Below the pieces are notes generated by a model. It was not told the origin of the DNA. It saw only the letters and a list, made by a program, of their open reading frames with translations, and did not search any database. From contig CM119375.1 in NCBI GenBank assembly GCA_051294905.1, forward strand, positions 1,178,001 to 1,242,000: a stretch of 64,000 nt of DNA, given 5' to 3'. Positions 42,765 through 55,574 of the stretch are shown here, in pieces (position 1 is the stretch's first letter; the number at the start of each line of letters is the position of its first letter). Position numbers and translations under genes: made by a program. The DNA comes from Botryllus schlosseri (Eukaryota).

Positions 42765-43636
42765 TAGGGCAGTTTTTTTTTTTACCTAAAAAAAATAACA
42801 TTTTTACCTAAAAAATCAAAATTTTTACTTTTTTTGACCTAAATAAACTGAATTTAGACCAAATTTTGACCTAACGTATGCAAATTAGATGTTTTCCCAC
42901 GTAATGTTAAAATTGTACCACTTTCTTCATTTCTGGTTGGAACTGACTGTCCTAACGAAGTAGTTAGGCCTGAAAAAACGTTTTTGGCTTAGAAACAGGC
43001 AACTTTTTACATGAAAAAAACAACGTTTTAACGAAATCTGGCCCTTATGAAGAATTCCAGTGGTTACAATATGAATTATGGTAGAAATAATTAAAATATT
43101 TTGTAGTACAACGAGAGATACTTTCCTACATTCTTGGGTAGAAAGTGCACGTCCTTACTAAGAAGCTTGCCAAGGACGTTCAACAGCGGGAGTTGTTGGC
43201 TGACAACACTCAAGTTGTGCATACACAGCTGGTGCTGGTGACACTCCGTGTTGCTTCATTCTGACAATGTTGTCTACATCACAATTTTTCATCATGCGCT
43301 TCTTAATGTAAGAATGATGCAATGCACAAGAAGTCTTTCTTCATTTAGGATATTGCGGTACGTTGACCAAAACACCATGTCTACCAATTATTTGTTTTAT
43401 TTGACCGTTTATGATTCACAATGGGCAGACGATCAGCCGTTAACAATGGTAGGCCTATAAAATAGGCTAAAAGCGGTAAAGTATCAAATTATAAGTTCAC
43501 CGACAGTGCGAAATCTACAATGCAAACAAAATGCAGACGTCAAAATTTTTTTGACTTTATGAAAAATTTTGACCTAACGCTACAATTTTGACAAAATTTT
43601 GACAAATTCTGACATGTCAAAAAAAAAACCGCCCTA
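42765..43636 (-). mobile_element. Internally deleted hAT element (TAGGG ends)
   Basis: Ends TAGGGCAGTTTTTT / AAAAAAACCGCCCTA; TSD CTTATTAG / CTTTTTAC (6/8). Reverse-complement homologue of 52814-54638. Confidence 0.7.
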
Positions 43637-43793
43637 CTTTTTACCAATAAACTGTAAAGACATCTCAACTCAATTATGAATATTGTCATAACTTTTCGAG
43701 ATGCGCTTAGTGGAGAATGCCTCGACTTCATACTTTATTGGGAAGGTGTGGACTCGCACAGCCGTACATAACTTAATGTAATATATATGATAT

Positions 43794-46700
43794 CTACAGC
43801 GCGTAAGTGAATGCAATATCAGTTCCTGCTAATTTTTCCGTCATTTGTCGATCAATCATCTCCGATTGTGCCACAGTGAGGTGATCTTTCCAACTTCCAA
43901 CTTCTCCTGTAAAAATGGAGAAAGTTTGTCTGATTTGGACGGCCAGCATTCGCATCAAGCAAACTCAAGTGGAAGTGTCGCATTCAAAGACACGTCCACG
44001 TAATAACGATGTCGGTAACTGCGATTCAGCGGATTTGAGTAAATAATAAAAAATCGGCTTTTCTAGATTAGATTAGAATCAGAATTATGGCTACCAAGTT
44101 TTCTTTTGAAATTTGAGTGGAATTAGAATGATCGAATTCGCAAAAAACCTGAAAATTGAATTATATTCCGAATTGAAAAGAAATACCACAGAAATCAAGT
44201 TCAGTTCATATCGAATTAGAGTTCGTTCTCGTATAAGCATGAGAGAATGACAAACGTCCGTAAACCAAGCTTGGCTCGTTTCGCGCTATACAGTTCCCCT
44301 ATAGCATTTTCAGTAAAACCAGGCATTTGACTAGAGTTTAAATTAATGCATATACCCAAGTCAAAGATTAAATTAGAATTAATTTACCAGCAGTTCGCTC
44401 TACAGTCAAATTTGACTAGAATTATCCAGTTATCCAAGTCTAACCTGCAGTACAAAGAATATATCCGAGCCTACGCAAAAGCTGTGACGGTTCATTGACG
44501 ATACGGTGGGACAAGTCCTGCATCTGATGTAGCCTACTGTACGAGTGTACGTGCTTCCGTATGTATGCGAGTATATACCTTTACGAATATTCAGCGTCTT
44601 TCCGCCCGCCTGTTGTTTCATCGCCGATACCGTACATCTGTCGGACGTTCTTCGGATGTCTTCCTCACTCAATTGCACTCCCAGAAATTCTGAAATCCTA
44701 ATAAGCTCGGACGCGAAGTCCTGCAATGTACGCTCGCTTATCACTCAAGAAAAACAAGCGGACAGAACCAGATCATACCTTTTTTAACGATTCGTATTCG
44801 ACTAAAAGGATATCTTTGTTGCATTTAATCTGCTTCATCCATCCGACCAGATGTTCCGGGTACCACTCTCCCTTACCCACTCCAGTTGGATGCTCTCCTA
44901 TCAAGATAAGACGTAGTCAAAGTGGTCAACGAATTACGGGAACAAAGTTGAAGTAGCTATTCACAAGATATGTCATATAACTACATCAAGTGGAAGTAGA
45001 AAATAAAAAGGTTTGAAAAATATTCAAGCAAGTAGTCTCAAAAAGTAGATTTGGTGGAGGGGTCGCACACATTTAATGGATATAATCGGAGGTGGCTGCT
45101 ATCGAAATTATAAGATGTGTCTACACCAGCAGTGTTCCTCACGGACCGGTACGCGAGAACCACTAAGACGAAGTAAGCCTAGCGTAGTAGTAGGCTACTT
45201 CGTCACTGAGGAGTGGGCATCTCTATAGTCACAGGCCTATAGAGATGTCATTAAGAGGTGGGTGTCTTCTACCTGCGGTGTACTTGTCGAAGAATTCATT
45301 CCAATCCTTTCCCAGAATAGAATTTTTCTGTTCTTCCGTGTACATTCCCAACTTGGTAACGAAATGGTACCATGAAACGGCCTGGTCTTTTGGATTCCGG
45401 TAAACGTAAATGACCTGACGCCGTGCGAGAAATAAACATTGAGTCAAAGTGTTTCGGACTCTGAGGAATGTTAAGGGCCCGGTGGATATACTCGGGTATC
45501 ATTTCCGAGGTCATATGTTGGAGTCTATCTAACGCTAAGTATATCATGTTTTAGATATCTTGGCACTCAGATTTCGCAACTATCACCTCAAACACATTCG
45601 ACATGAGATATCCGCGATATTGCAGTGTCAACCAGATCCAAGACATGACACTTAATCGTTAGGGACTTGAACACAATCCAGACATGATACTTGAGTGCTG
45701 GAAAAACTTGAAAACACCTTAGGTCAGAGTTACTCTGGACGTGCTACCTCAGTGATACCTGAGTATAATGTGAGGATGAATGTTTAGAGTCGTTGTCGAT
45801 GTGTAAATTGGATTCAGAGATCGACGGAGATGCGCTACGACCATACGGTGATCTGGTCTGCAGTCCCGTTTTTTCTCCTCCGTGCTATCCGTGGATGCTG
45901 AGCGCCTAGCAGGATAGCCACGGATACCGGTTTTCAAGTCTTTAGTCAGACCCGCCTGCGGATCGAACCCACGACCGACCGTACGCATCACCATTACACT
46001 ATATATCGCTCGGATTCTTTGTCGATGATACATTATTCAGTGAGCATTGTTTTCAACAACAACACTACCCAGTAAAAGAGCCTTCTAATAGTTCCTCACC
46101 TTCGAATTGCTTTTTTTCACACTTTCGAAGTTGAAGAGTTCTGCGGGCACGTGGGTGAAGAAGAATTTCCGCGGAATCGGAAAATTAGGGTAAACATCGA
46201 ACTTCTTTCCTGCGGAAAGGATCGTCATTTACCAGATGCCATCGCTTGCTTGGGGACCACAACCACACTTGGACAAAATACCAATACAAAAACTTTTTGA
46301 GTAGTTCTAGTTCTAGCTACGTCACTGTTTGTTAGTGATGATTCTGAGCTAGCAATGTCTGCAAGAACATCACATGACAGAACACCGGTAACACTATTCA
46401 CGCTACACGTTGACGTATGTTCTTTAGTTGTTTGGTTGAGATACCATATTTTGGAATCGGGAAAGAAGGACACTTTTACCAAATCAAAAAAGTTAGTTGA
46501 TCAGTCAGACTGAAAACAGTCGATTTCGCTATTCTTGCTGTAAAATTTGATGAGTTGATCAAAAAATAAGGTGATCACTTTCGTTCGAATCCCGATTTCT
46601 GCATTTTCTTTTTACTTAAATTTAGTGGTGTCGACTAAAAAAAACGTCACTTCCGATCGGACCCCGAATTACCCGCTCGAAGGTCCATCTTCGCTATTTA

Positions 46701-49176
46701 GCGTCATTTATGTAAATGCTCTAAAAAGGAAGAATTACCAAGAAAAGGGACGATTAAGCTTCCTCACACGACATTTACAAAAACCTGACAAAGGAGGACA
46801 AATCCTCCTAAAGGAGAACGTATGACAACCCTACTGTTTGGCAACTAATTTTTGTCTAAATTCACTGACTGGAATGACAGTTTGCACACTGCACATAGTG
46901 CACAGTGTGCATGACTCCTCTTTACATCGCCTAGGCCAAGGTGAGTGTCTGATATCAAAGACCTAGTCGTTTCGACACCTTCCTATCTTTCCATTGTATC
47001 GCAATTTTTGTGGTGTATTGAACTGATAAAACCGGACCGATTAAAAATTTCTAGCGTATTGGTGAATTCCAATGTGCACGCATCAATGATCTCAAAAGAA
47101 CTTGTTTTTTTGTACTTGTGTAATCTGCAGTGTAAGCACATGACTAGCGCGATCGCGTACAAATATATGGAGCCGGAGAATTCAACTTACTCGAGCCAGT
47201 TTCCAAGAAGTGTGCCGCAAAAGGAATCGTCCGCGAGCTTTCTAACTGGCTCTCGTTGCTGCCGTAGAGGATTTGACGAACAATCTCCAAGCACCACGTT
47301 GTACCTGCACAAATTTGCTGCCAATATTACGCAGTACTTTACCATTTCGCACGGTTTCAAATTGGGTAATCTTGGTGCTGGCGACCATCAGAGCGCAAAA
47401 TTCAATCAAACCACTCTCAATCGAAAGCTAGCCTACTCCTCACTGATTCCAAAAATACTAGTTAAAATCTGGCCCAGGCACTATAGAGCACCCCTAAAAT
47501 CACCCACAAAGTTCGAAATTTCCATTGTTCTGAGCAAAAGGGGCACCCGAGCTGGATGCCGATTAGCGTATCGTACCGATTGTGACGCCATTGAGCGTCT
47601 ATGCGAAGTTGAGCTCCCCGTGACTCGTATAAATCGATGTAGTTCGAGTAGTTTTCGTATTTCGCGGCGTCGCGTATTTATAAATTCGACAACGCAAATG
47701 ATAGCACAGAAGCCAACGCATATCGTAGAATTTACTATCAACGTGTACTTATTTGCACTAACTGGCCAATTTACAAATCAACTATAGTTCCATTCGGGTC
47801 TTGATGGTTCATAAATTTCATTGGAATTGACAATATTGGAACGTATTTTTCAGCGTTGCAACTACTCTGAGTAAGTTGCGTCGCATCAATCGCTGTAAAC
47901 GCGAATACGTTCTATAATGCAAGTACTTTCATATTTCGTGTCGCGCCTTTACAAATTTGGCCAAATAGAAACGAGAACCGGCTGATAGACGAAAGAGTTC
48001 GCTCTTCGCAATGCGACAGTAGCCTATAGTTCTCGCACAACTCATTCAGCTGCAAGTCCTAAACGGCATCCCAACCAAACCTAAATGGCATGTTAACAGT
48101 GGTGTGTGATATAAGTGGACTTGGCCTCCGACGGCAGGTTGTTAGCGACAATACATAGCCAATAACTGTATCACATCAGTCGGAGTTCGGATTTCCTGGC
48201 GATTATTGCATTTCCGAGACTGGTTTGAATGCGAATGCGGAAAGGGGCGAATGCTTTGCGAGATGGTAACGCAAATGCATGATTTTAAACCGCCGAGCAT
48301 CGCAATTATAGGTACAATTTATCAAACTATGATGCACTAACTGTCTCGTGATTAGCCTGTTACACCTGGTGTACTCGCATTTAGGACATATTCGCGTTAC
48401 AGCGATTGACGCGTCGGAAAATGATGATTGATACGCCGGAAAATATGTTACAATATTGCCAATTCTGAAGAAATTTATGACCCACAAAGAGCCGAATGGA
48501 TTGATCTCCTACTTGCATCTACATTAAATTCAACGGTGATATGCGTGGGCTTCACTTGTATTATCGAAATTCGTAATTGCTCTATGACGCTAAATACGAA
48601 AACTACTCGACTTCGCCGAGACGCCCGATGGCGTCGCAATCGGTACGAGACGTTAATCGGCTATTGTCTAGTCATCTAGTGTCTACCGGTGATACCATCG
48701 TTGAAAACAATGCAGATTTCGAACTTTGCGGGCGATTCTCGGGGGGTTACAGTGCCGGACCAGATTTTAAGTTATATTTTCGAAATCAGCGCGACAGTAG
48801 CTTTCGATTGAGACAGGTTTAATCAAATTTTGCGCTATGATCGTCAGCACTAAGATTACCTCAATTTGACCTCTGCATTGCGATTCGGTCTTCGTCGGAA
48901 TTGCAATGAATGACAGACAATACCACGAGTCAGATAATACATGCTTTGCTCTTTTACCTCACCTGTTTTCGGGTAACTAGCGACGATCACTGAATTTTCC
49001 GGTATTTTCCAGTCGTTCATCATGAACTCCATGCATTCGGCCGAAAAAAACGGCAAAAAAAGTTTTCCCCTGCATTCATTCGCCGCTTTGCCCTCCTTGT
49101 TTTGAGCGGAGTCCGAAATCTCTTGCATTACGCTCTTGATATCTTCGGAAAACGTAGGCTGACTAGATCCCTCCAT
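43794..49176 (-). CDS. Cytosolic sulfotransferase, copy B, 317 aa, 7 exons
   Basis: Exons (-): 49176-48963, 47304-47191, 46209-46100, 45414-45273, 44897-44779, 44720-44579, 43906-43794 (954 nt, no stops). YPKTGTTW, THVP, YRNPKDQAVSWY, IRKGEVGSWK. Exon lengths identical to copy C. Confidence 0.92.
45790..46002 (-). mobile_element. tRNA-derived SINE in SULT-B intron 3
   Basis: Minus strand: TAGTGTAATGG...GGGTTCGATCC..GGGTCTGACTAAAGACTTGAAAACCGGTATCCGTGGCTATCCTGCTAGGCGCTCAGCA. Confidence 0.75.
47364..48861. repeat. ~1.5-kb foldback element with diverged long inverted arms in SULT-B intron 1
   Basis: GGTAATCTTGGTGCTGGCGACC at 47365 versus GATCGTCAGCACTAAGATTACC at 48839-48860; inner arms 47560-47750 versus 48520-48660. 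The flanks rejoin to match the empty site GGTTTCAATTTGACCTCTGCATTG in SULT-C (~37908-37931). Confidence 0.75.
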
Positions 49177-49783
49177 TGTAGAAATAGGCTTTGGCTATCA
49201 CACAGCGACTGTCCACTGCAAACGTTATGTTACTGTCACGATGACTGCGCGAAAAAGCTTTCAAAATTCCTTCACTCCGACAATAAATAGCTCACTGTAG
49301 TAGTTTAGTTATTACGGAGACACTCGAGTGAAATGTTTACAGTGCTAACGTAACGCGGGGATGTTTGGATGATTCCTGGCGCAACGAATACCGAGAGTGC
49401 CGTTCTCACGAAATAATTGAGAGATCAATAGATAGAAATATGACGACACAGACCTCACGAAGCAGTTACTCGATCTCGTTATTTTGACTGGTAGGGGCAA
49501 TGGGCACTGGGCAGTTAGTCACATATGACATGTGATTTCCAGGCTTAGCAATAAACGCGTTCTCATGCACCAAGCCCTAGCTGTGACGCCATTCTTCTCA
49601 AACAATCTCGTATTCAAGCCAACACCATTCTATCAGCGTCCGAGCACACCTCAGTAGTCAGTACACGCGCTGACTCACACTGATTGCTGACGGCTTCGTA
49701 AAAACAATGTCTCGCATGACATTTACTATCTCCAAATCATCCATACAGTCGAAGTCGCATGTATTTTTTAGTAGCTGATGATT

Positions 49784-49816
49784 ACCCCTGAAGAGTGGCA
49801 GCCATAATATTCGGGT
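49784..49816 (+). ncRNA. Hammerhead-like motif, copy 2 (core damaged)
   Basis: accc CTGAAGA gtggcagcc ATAA tat TC gggt. GAAA is mutated, so probably inactive. Confidence 0.4.
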
Positions 49817-50097
49817 TTATTTCAATGTGAATATATTATTCAATTCGAATTGAAGAAAGTATAATAGTCTTATACTCTTCAAATATAGATAAGATAGGTA
49901 CGTTATGCGTCGAAAAATTATGAATTAATTCAGAACTTTGTAAAAAAAAAAAAAAACATTTATGCTATGCTTTACTAGGTAGGGTTCACCATACGCCCAG
50001 CATTCCACGAGATAGATTCAGCTATCATCAGTTGCATGAGCGAATTATAATAGCATAAATAAGATTGAACTATACGAGCGAAAACCGACGGATGGGT

Positions 50098-53000
50098 TCA
50101 TATTGTGTACGTAAACTTGATTCCGGTTCCGGATAATTTTTCTTCAAATATCCGGTCCACCAATTCAGACTGAGATACGGTTAGATGGTCTTTCCAGCCG
50201 CCCACCTCACCTGTTGAGATCAGCATTAAGTCACGGCGAATTGGTCAAAGTATAGTCATCGTGGCTACTCAAGTAGAAGTAGCGCTGTAGATTTATGGTC
50301 AATTACGTGTAGAAGTAGCTCCGTGAATGAGTAGCTCCGTGAATGAGTACGAAATGAAATTATTAAAACGTACTGAAATAAATAGCTCGAAAAAGTGGAT
50401 TTGGCTGAGGGGGAGGGGTGGCATACTTAGAGCAATTTTTCAGAAAGATACTTTCTCAAATTGCAAGATGGATAATCACGACTACCGCAAAATGGCTACA
50501 TGACCTAACATATAGGTGCGATTTCCGAAAATATACTCAGTTAATATGATACGGGATCATGTAATTCAAGCTGTTCATCGTGACAATTTTTACCCGCAAA
50601 AGTGATGCAAATGTACTTTACAAAATTCAAATTACACGAAAAATAACTAGATATTGTTAATTTATTCACTATATGCTTTTATTGACTCTCACCTGAGTAG
50701 CGAACGTCAGTGAAACAATAGGTCATAATTTCCATCAATGTGCGGCGAATCAATAGAAATATAGGAGATATTTCGTCCGTGTGACGTAATAATCACAAAA
50801 ACAAACAACTATATTAGACAGCTGGATTATGCTAGTAACCATACGTCACAAACGTTGACGAAATCATATTCGGTTAACGATTGTTATGTATATCTCACCT
50901 GTCTACGTAGCTCTTAATTTATAGATTACTGACCCAGAGTTGAAAGAGCATCTATTTCCATTCAAAGCGAAAACATTACAATTAATATATATTGCAAATT
51001 AGTGTGACTTCTGGTGTCCCCTTTCAGATACCATGTTCTGAATTGCTTCAACTTAGAAGGTGTCATCGTATCGTTTGGTTTAAACTCGATAGCTTGAATA
51101 ATAATTACTTAATAAGAAATGAGCTTGGAAATGGAACTGTCATTTGAGAAGTTTTTTATAAATCCGAGCCCCGACCTATACACGTCGTAGACCACCGCCG
51201 CAACAGTCTCCGGGCAACCCCTTAGATTGGCTCAGGTAACCTCTAATGTCTCATGGAGAACCGGTTAAGAACCACTGATCTCATACAAAATAACAACCTT
51301 TGTTGACATTCTTCTGCAAAAAGTTGGTTTGATCCGCCTTCTCGTCTCTCTTCATTTGCGAGATTGAACAATTCGTGGTGATTTTGTCAACGATCCCATC
51401 GCCAAGCTCGACTTGAAGAAATGCTGCCATTCGTCGTAGCTCATTTGGAAAGTCCTATGGAAAAATACCAGAAGATTCATTAATTAAGTATTTATCTATT
51501 GAGTATAGAATAGATGAATATCGTACTTTCTTCAGAGATTCATATTCCACCACCAATATATTTTTGTTCCTCCGCGCACGATTCATCCAGCCAGTCAGAT
51601 GGTCGGGGTACCATTCACCGGGCGCTGTTCCCAACGGATGCGAACCTATCAAGCACAATATACGCTTATAGCTATAGCTCGATATTACTTTTATATATGA
51701 ATTGCCCATGCCTGCGGTGTAGTTTGCAAAGAAGTCACTCCAATTCTGTCCAATTGCGCGATGTCCTTGCTCCGACACAAACTCAAGCTGTTTGTTGAAA
51801 AAATTATACCACGAAACGATCTGGTCTTTAGGGTTTCTGTAAATGTAAATGATCTGAAAATAAAAGTCCAAGATTAGTCGAAAGAAGTATTCTAGTAGGC
51901 TACAATAGGTGAAATATTGTATCGACAACCCGACCCGAGAACGGGATTTTTGAATTATGCGGTATGGTTTCATTTACTTGTGCCCCATTTTGCATGGTTT
52001 TGAAAACACACTCTTTTCTTTTCTTACGAATTAAAAAGCACGCAAGGGCGCCTAATTAAAATATAGATGCAATATAGTAGCTGTGTGTAAATAATTTGCT
52101 AATCGGTTCGATTGTTATATCTACTTATTGTTGGCTCCTCGAATATAGCAGCGGCAGTCATTACTTACTTTCGAGTTACTTCTTTCCACCATCTCAAAAT
52201 TGAAAATATCCGCCGGAATGTGAGTGAAAAAAAACTTCTTAGGAAGGTGAGGATACAGATCGGTGTATTTCGCCGCTGTTATCAAAACTTGCATTAGACC
52301 GCAACGGGAATGGGCTCAGCTATAAAATGACACATTACCCGATCCCATTTCTAGGAAATGCGCCAGCACCGGCACAGATCTCGACTTGTTCAACAGATCA
52401 TCATCGTCCCCGCAGAGGATTTGACGGACCACCTCAAGACACCACATTGTCCCTTGAATGATAAGTTTCAACGCATAATACTCAAGTACGGTCCAAACCA
52501 AGCACGCAGGCTCACAGGACATAGTAAAACTATGGTACGTCACAGCTTCGCATGAGAGTTCATCCATCACCGGAGTACTGAAGAATACGTTTTGCCTACT
52601 TTTAGTGAATATGTTATCATATTACCTCCTCTTCCAAATCATAGTTTTTGACACGAAACCTTTTACACACATTTTCTATGGTCAAGTAAAGCGTAGTCTA
52701 GTCATTAGCTTGTAGCACATTTGTGAGTCAACAACTGCTTTCCGAGATAGTCCCTATATGATGATATCAAAATTAATCTTCAAAAATTGCTATATTTGTC
52801 ATAGTGTCATCAGTAGGGCGATTTATATAAAAAAAAGAAGTCAAAATTAGGTCAAAATTGTAGCGCTACGTCAGAAATGTCAAAATTTTTACGAAGTCAA
52901 ATTATTTTTGCAACCTGCATTTCGTTTGTATCGTAGATTTTGCACTGTCGGTGAACTTAAAGGGGCACTGCACTCAAAAAATGATATGGTCTCAAATTGA

Positions 53001-55152
53001 AGAGCAGAACGAAAAAAAAATTTTGGCCTCAGCCGTTTTCTTCAGAACGCCACCGTAATGGAGCTGCAATTTATTGAAATTTCCACAGTTGCAGCAGTCG
53101 CGGCTCCGGATAATCTCTTAACCCGTTACATGGCACGATGACTTCATCGTCGCACTTGCTCGACGCGATTACGCAGAGGACGAACTTTAGATAGTTGTCA
53201 GTCGATGTTATGAATGACTCATGTCTTGCACACCAAGGCGGCGCTCAACGTACGGTGTTAGGTCAGGAGGATTTGTGTCTGGAGCTTGTCACGACTCTAT
53301 AGTATTTGCCAGTTGAATGATACTGAGATGCCGTTACAGTTGTATATTGATGCAGATACAGCTGTCATTTTCAAGATGTATTATTGACTGCACAGTGCAC
53401 AACCTTTGGAGTAGTGGTCTTGCGGAAGATACAGACACATGATATTTGTTAGACATATTTGCTTCAGAACATCGGCTGACAACTATCTGAAGCTCGTCCT
53501 CTGCGTGACTGCGTAATCGCGTCGAGCAAGTGCGACCATGAAGTCATCGTGCCATGTAACGGGTTAAGAGATTATCCGGAGCCGCGACTGCTGCAACTCT
53601 GGAAATTTCAATAAATTGCAGCTCCATTACGGTGGCGTTCTGAAGAAAACGGCTGCGGCCAAATTTTTTTTTTCGTTCTGCTCTTCAATTTGAGACCACA
53701 TCATTTTTTGAGTGCAGTGCCCCTTTAACGTTTGAAATTTTACACCCTCTAGCCTACTTTATAGCCTACCGTTGTAGACGGCCCCTTGTCTGCTCATTGT
53801 GAATCATAAACATTCAAATGAAACAACACATGGTGACATGGTGTTATGCTCAACGTACCGCAATATCCTATCCGATGCAAGACTGCGTGGGCATTGCATG
53901 GTTCTTGTATCATCATCATTGGTTTATTAGCAATTTTATCAGTTCAATACACCACAAAAAATGCGATACAATGAATAGACAGGAAGATGTCGAAGCGACT
54001 TGGATTTGTCAATGGAATCAGACACCCACCTTGGCCTAGGCGTAGTAAGGCATGCACACTGAATGAAAGTAAAGAATACAGTATAGAAAAAAAAAGCGAC
54101 GAGAATAGGGCGGTATGTCATGGGAAGCGAAGAAGCGCGTGATGAAAAATCGTGATGTAGACACCATTGTCAGAATGAAGCAACACGGTGTGTCAGCCAA
54201 CAACGGCTACTGTTGAACGTTCTTTCTCCATTCTTAGCAAACTATTTAGTAAGGACAGACACTTTCTACCCGAAAATGCAGGATAGTATCTTTCGTTTTA
54301 CTACGACAAATTTTTGTTATTTCTATCATAATACGGCATGTAACTACTGGAATTCTTCAAAGGGCCAGATTTCGTTAAAATACAGTTTTTTCATGTAAAC
54401 ATTTGTCAGTTTTTGAGTCAAAGAAGTTTTTTCAGGCCAAACTACTTTTTAAGTACATACAGTTTGAACCAGAAATGAAGATAAGTATAGTACAATGCTA
54501 ACATTATGTGGGAAAACGCTTAATTTGCATACGTTAGGTCAAAATGTTGTCAAAATTAAGTTTTTCAAGGTCATAAAATGTCAAAATTTTGATTGTTCAG
54601 GTCAAAATCTTCCGTTTTTAGGTAAAAAAATCGACCTAGTCATCAGTCATTTGGCGTTGCCAAGAACGTGTATCTTGCACTCTCGAAAGGATCACGCACT
54701 GCTAAAAAAATATGCGACACCTTCGACTAAATCTGCTTTGTAATACTGCAGTACTTATACTGGAGTACTTTTCAATTCGTTTATTTTCGACTTCTACTTG
54801 TTTCTGCATGGAAATAGTTCATTCTACTTGTATTTGAATAGAGGTTTATGGCATTGTTTCTACATCTGCTCGAGTAGCAAATGTTGACTACTTAAACCAC
54901 CTCCCACCTCTCATCATATCAGCCCATTTGCGTCACTGAAATTGTACCTGTTTTTGGGAAGCTTGCTACTACTACAGAGTTTTCAGGCATCCTCCATCTA
55001 TTCAGAGCATATTCGATGCTTTCTACGGAGTGCATAGGCGCGAAATGCTTTCCTTTGAAGATCGGTGAAAGAACATCCTTCCTTGTCATTGCATTCGTGA
55101 TGTCACGCATCGTCTTTGCGATGCCTTCTGAGAGTCCTGCTGGTGAGTCCAT
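50098..55152 (-). CDS. Cytosolic sulfotransferase, copy A (divergent paralogue), 318 aa, 7 exons
   Basis: Exons (-): 55152-54948, 52452-52339, 52275-52169, 51853-51712, 51645-51527, 51454-51298, 50210-50098 (957 nt). Same intron positions and phases as B and C; intron 4 has a GC donor. FPKTGTMW, THIP, YRNPKDQIVSWY, VNKGEVGGWK. Confidence 0.9.
52814..54638 (+). mobile_element. Internally deleted hAT element hosting two nested insertions
   Basis: Ends TAGGGCGATTT / AAAATCGACCTA; TSD GTCATCAG at 52806-52813 and 54639-54646. hAT dimerization remnant QPTTATVERSFSILSKLFSKDRHF at 54194-54286. Confidence 0.85.
52961..53724. mobile_element. Young TTAA-targeting palindromic MITE (Kolobok-like, AGGGG ends)
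   Basis: TTAA|AGGGGCACTGCACTC ... GAGTGCAGTGCCCCT|TTAA; arms of ~250 bp nearly identical. Superfamily inferred from the TTAA TSD plus purine start. Confidence 0.82.
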
Positions 55153-55543
55153 CTGTTCTATTTATGCAGAAGCCTACACGAGTACACAGTCGCTATGTGA
55201 TTCTAAATGCACCAGCAAGTCAATAAATGAGCTTCGTCTTGATATGCCAACTTAATTGTCGCCATCTTCTGTTACTTAAGTAATAATATTATATTATTAT
55301 ATCATTCAATGAATGTATATATGCAGGCTATGTAGGGCGGGCCTATATATGTATTGTATATTCATTGTACTCGGGACCGTAACTGCCGCACCCCGAACCC
55401 CCGATTGGGGGAGCGGGAGCTCGAAGGGGGCCAAAAATTATTTCGTGAATTAACATATATCATAAAGTAGTTTGGGGGAATTTATGCAACTTATTCATTT
55501 TATGTTGTCAAATATATTGATTATTGGGGGTCCTTCCCCCAAC

Positions 55544-55574
55544 CATGGCCTACTAAAGACTTTAGTAGGTCATA
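55544..55574. mobile_element. Probable P-element excision footprint
   Basis: CCCCAAC|CATGGCCTACTAAAG-A-CTTTAGTAGGTCATA|CTCCAAC: the two TIR tips of the 38097 element family flanked by a 7-bp (6/7) duplication. Confidence 0.7.

Noticed and set aside
46945-47787. Longest ORF in the track (280 aa, +)
   Set aside because: It crosses a LINE tail, the antisense of SULT-B exon 2 and a foldback arm, so it is a composite chance ORF.
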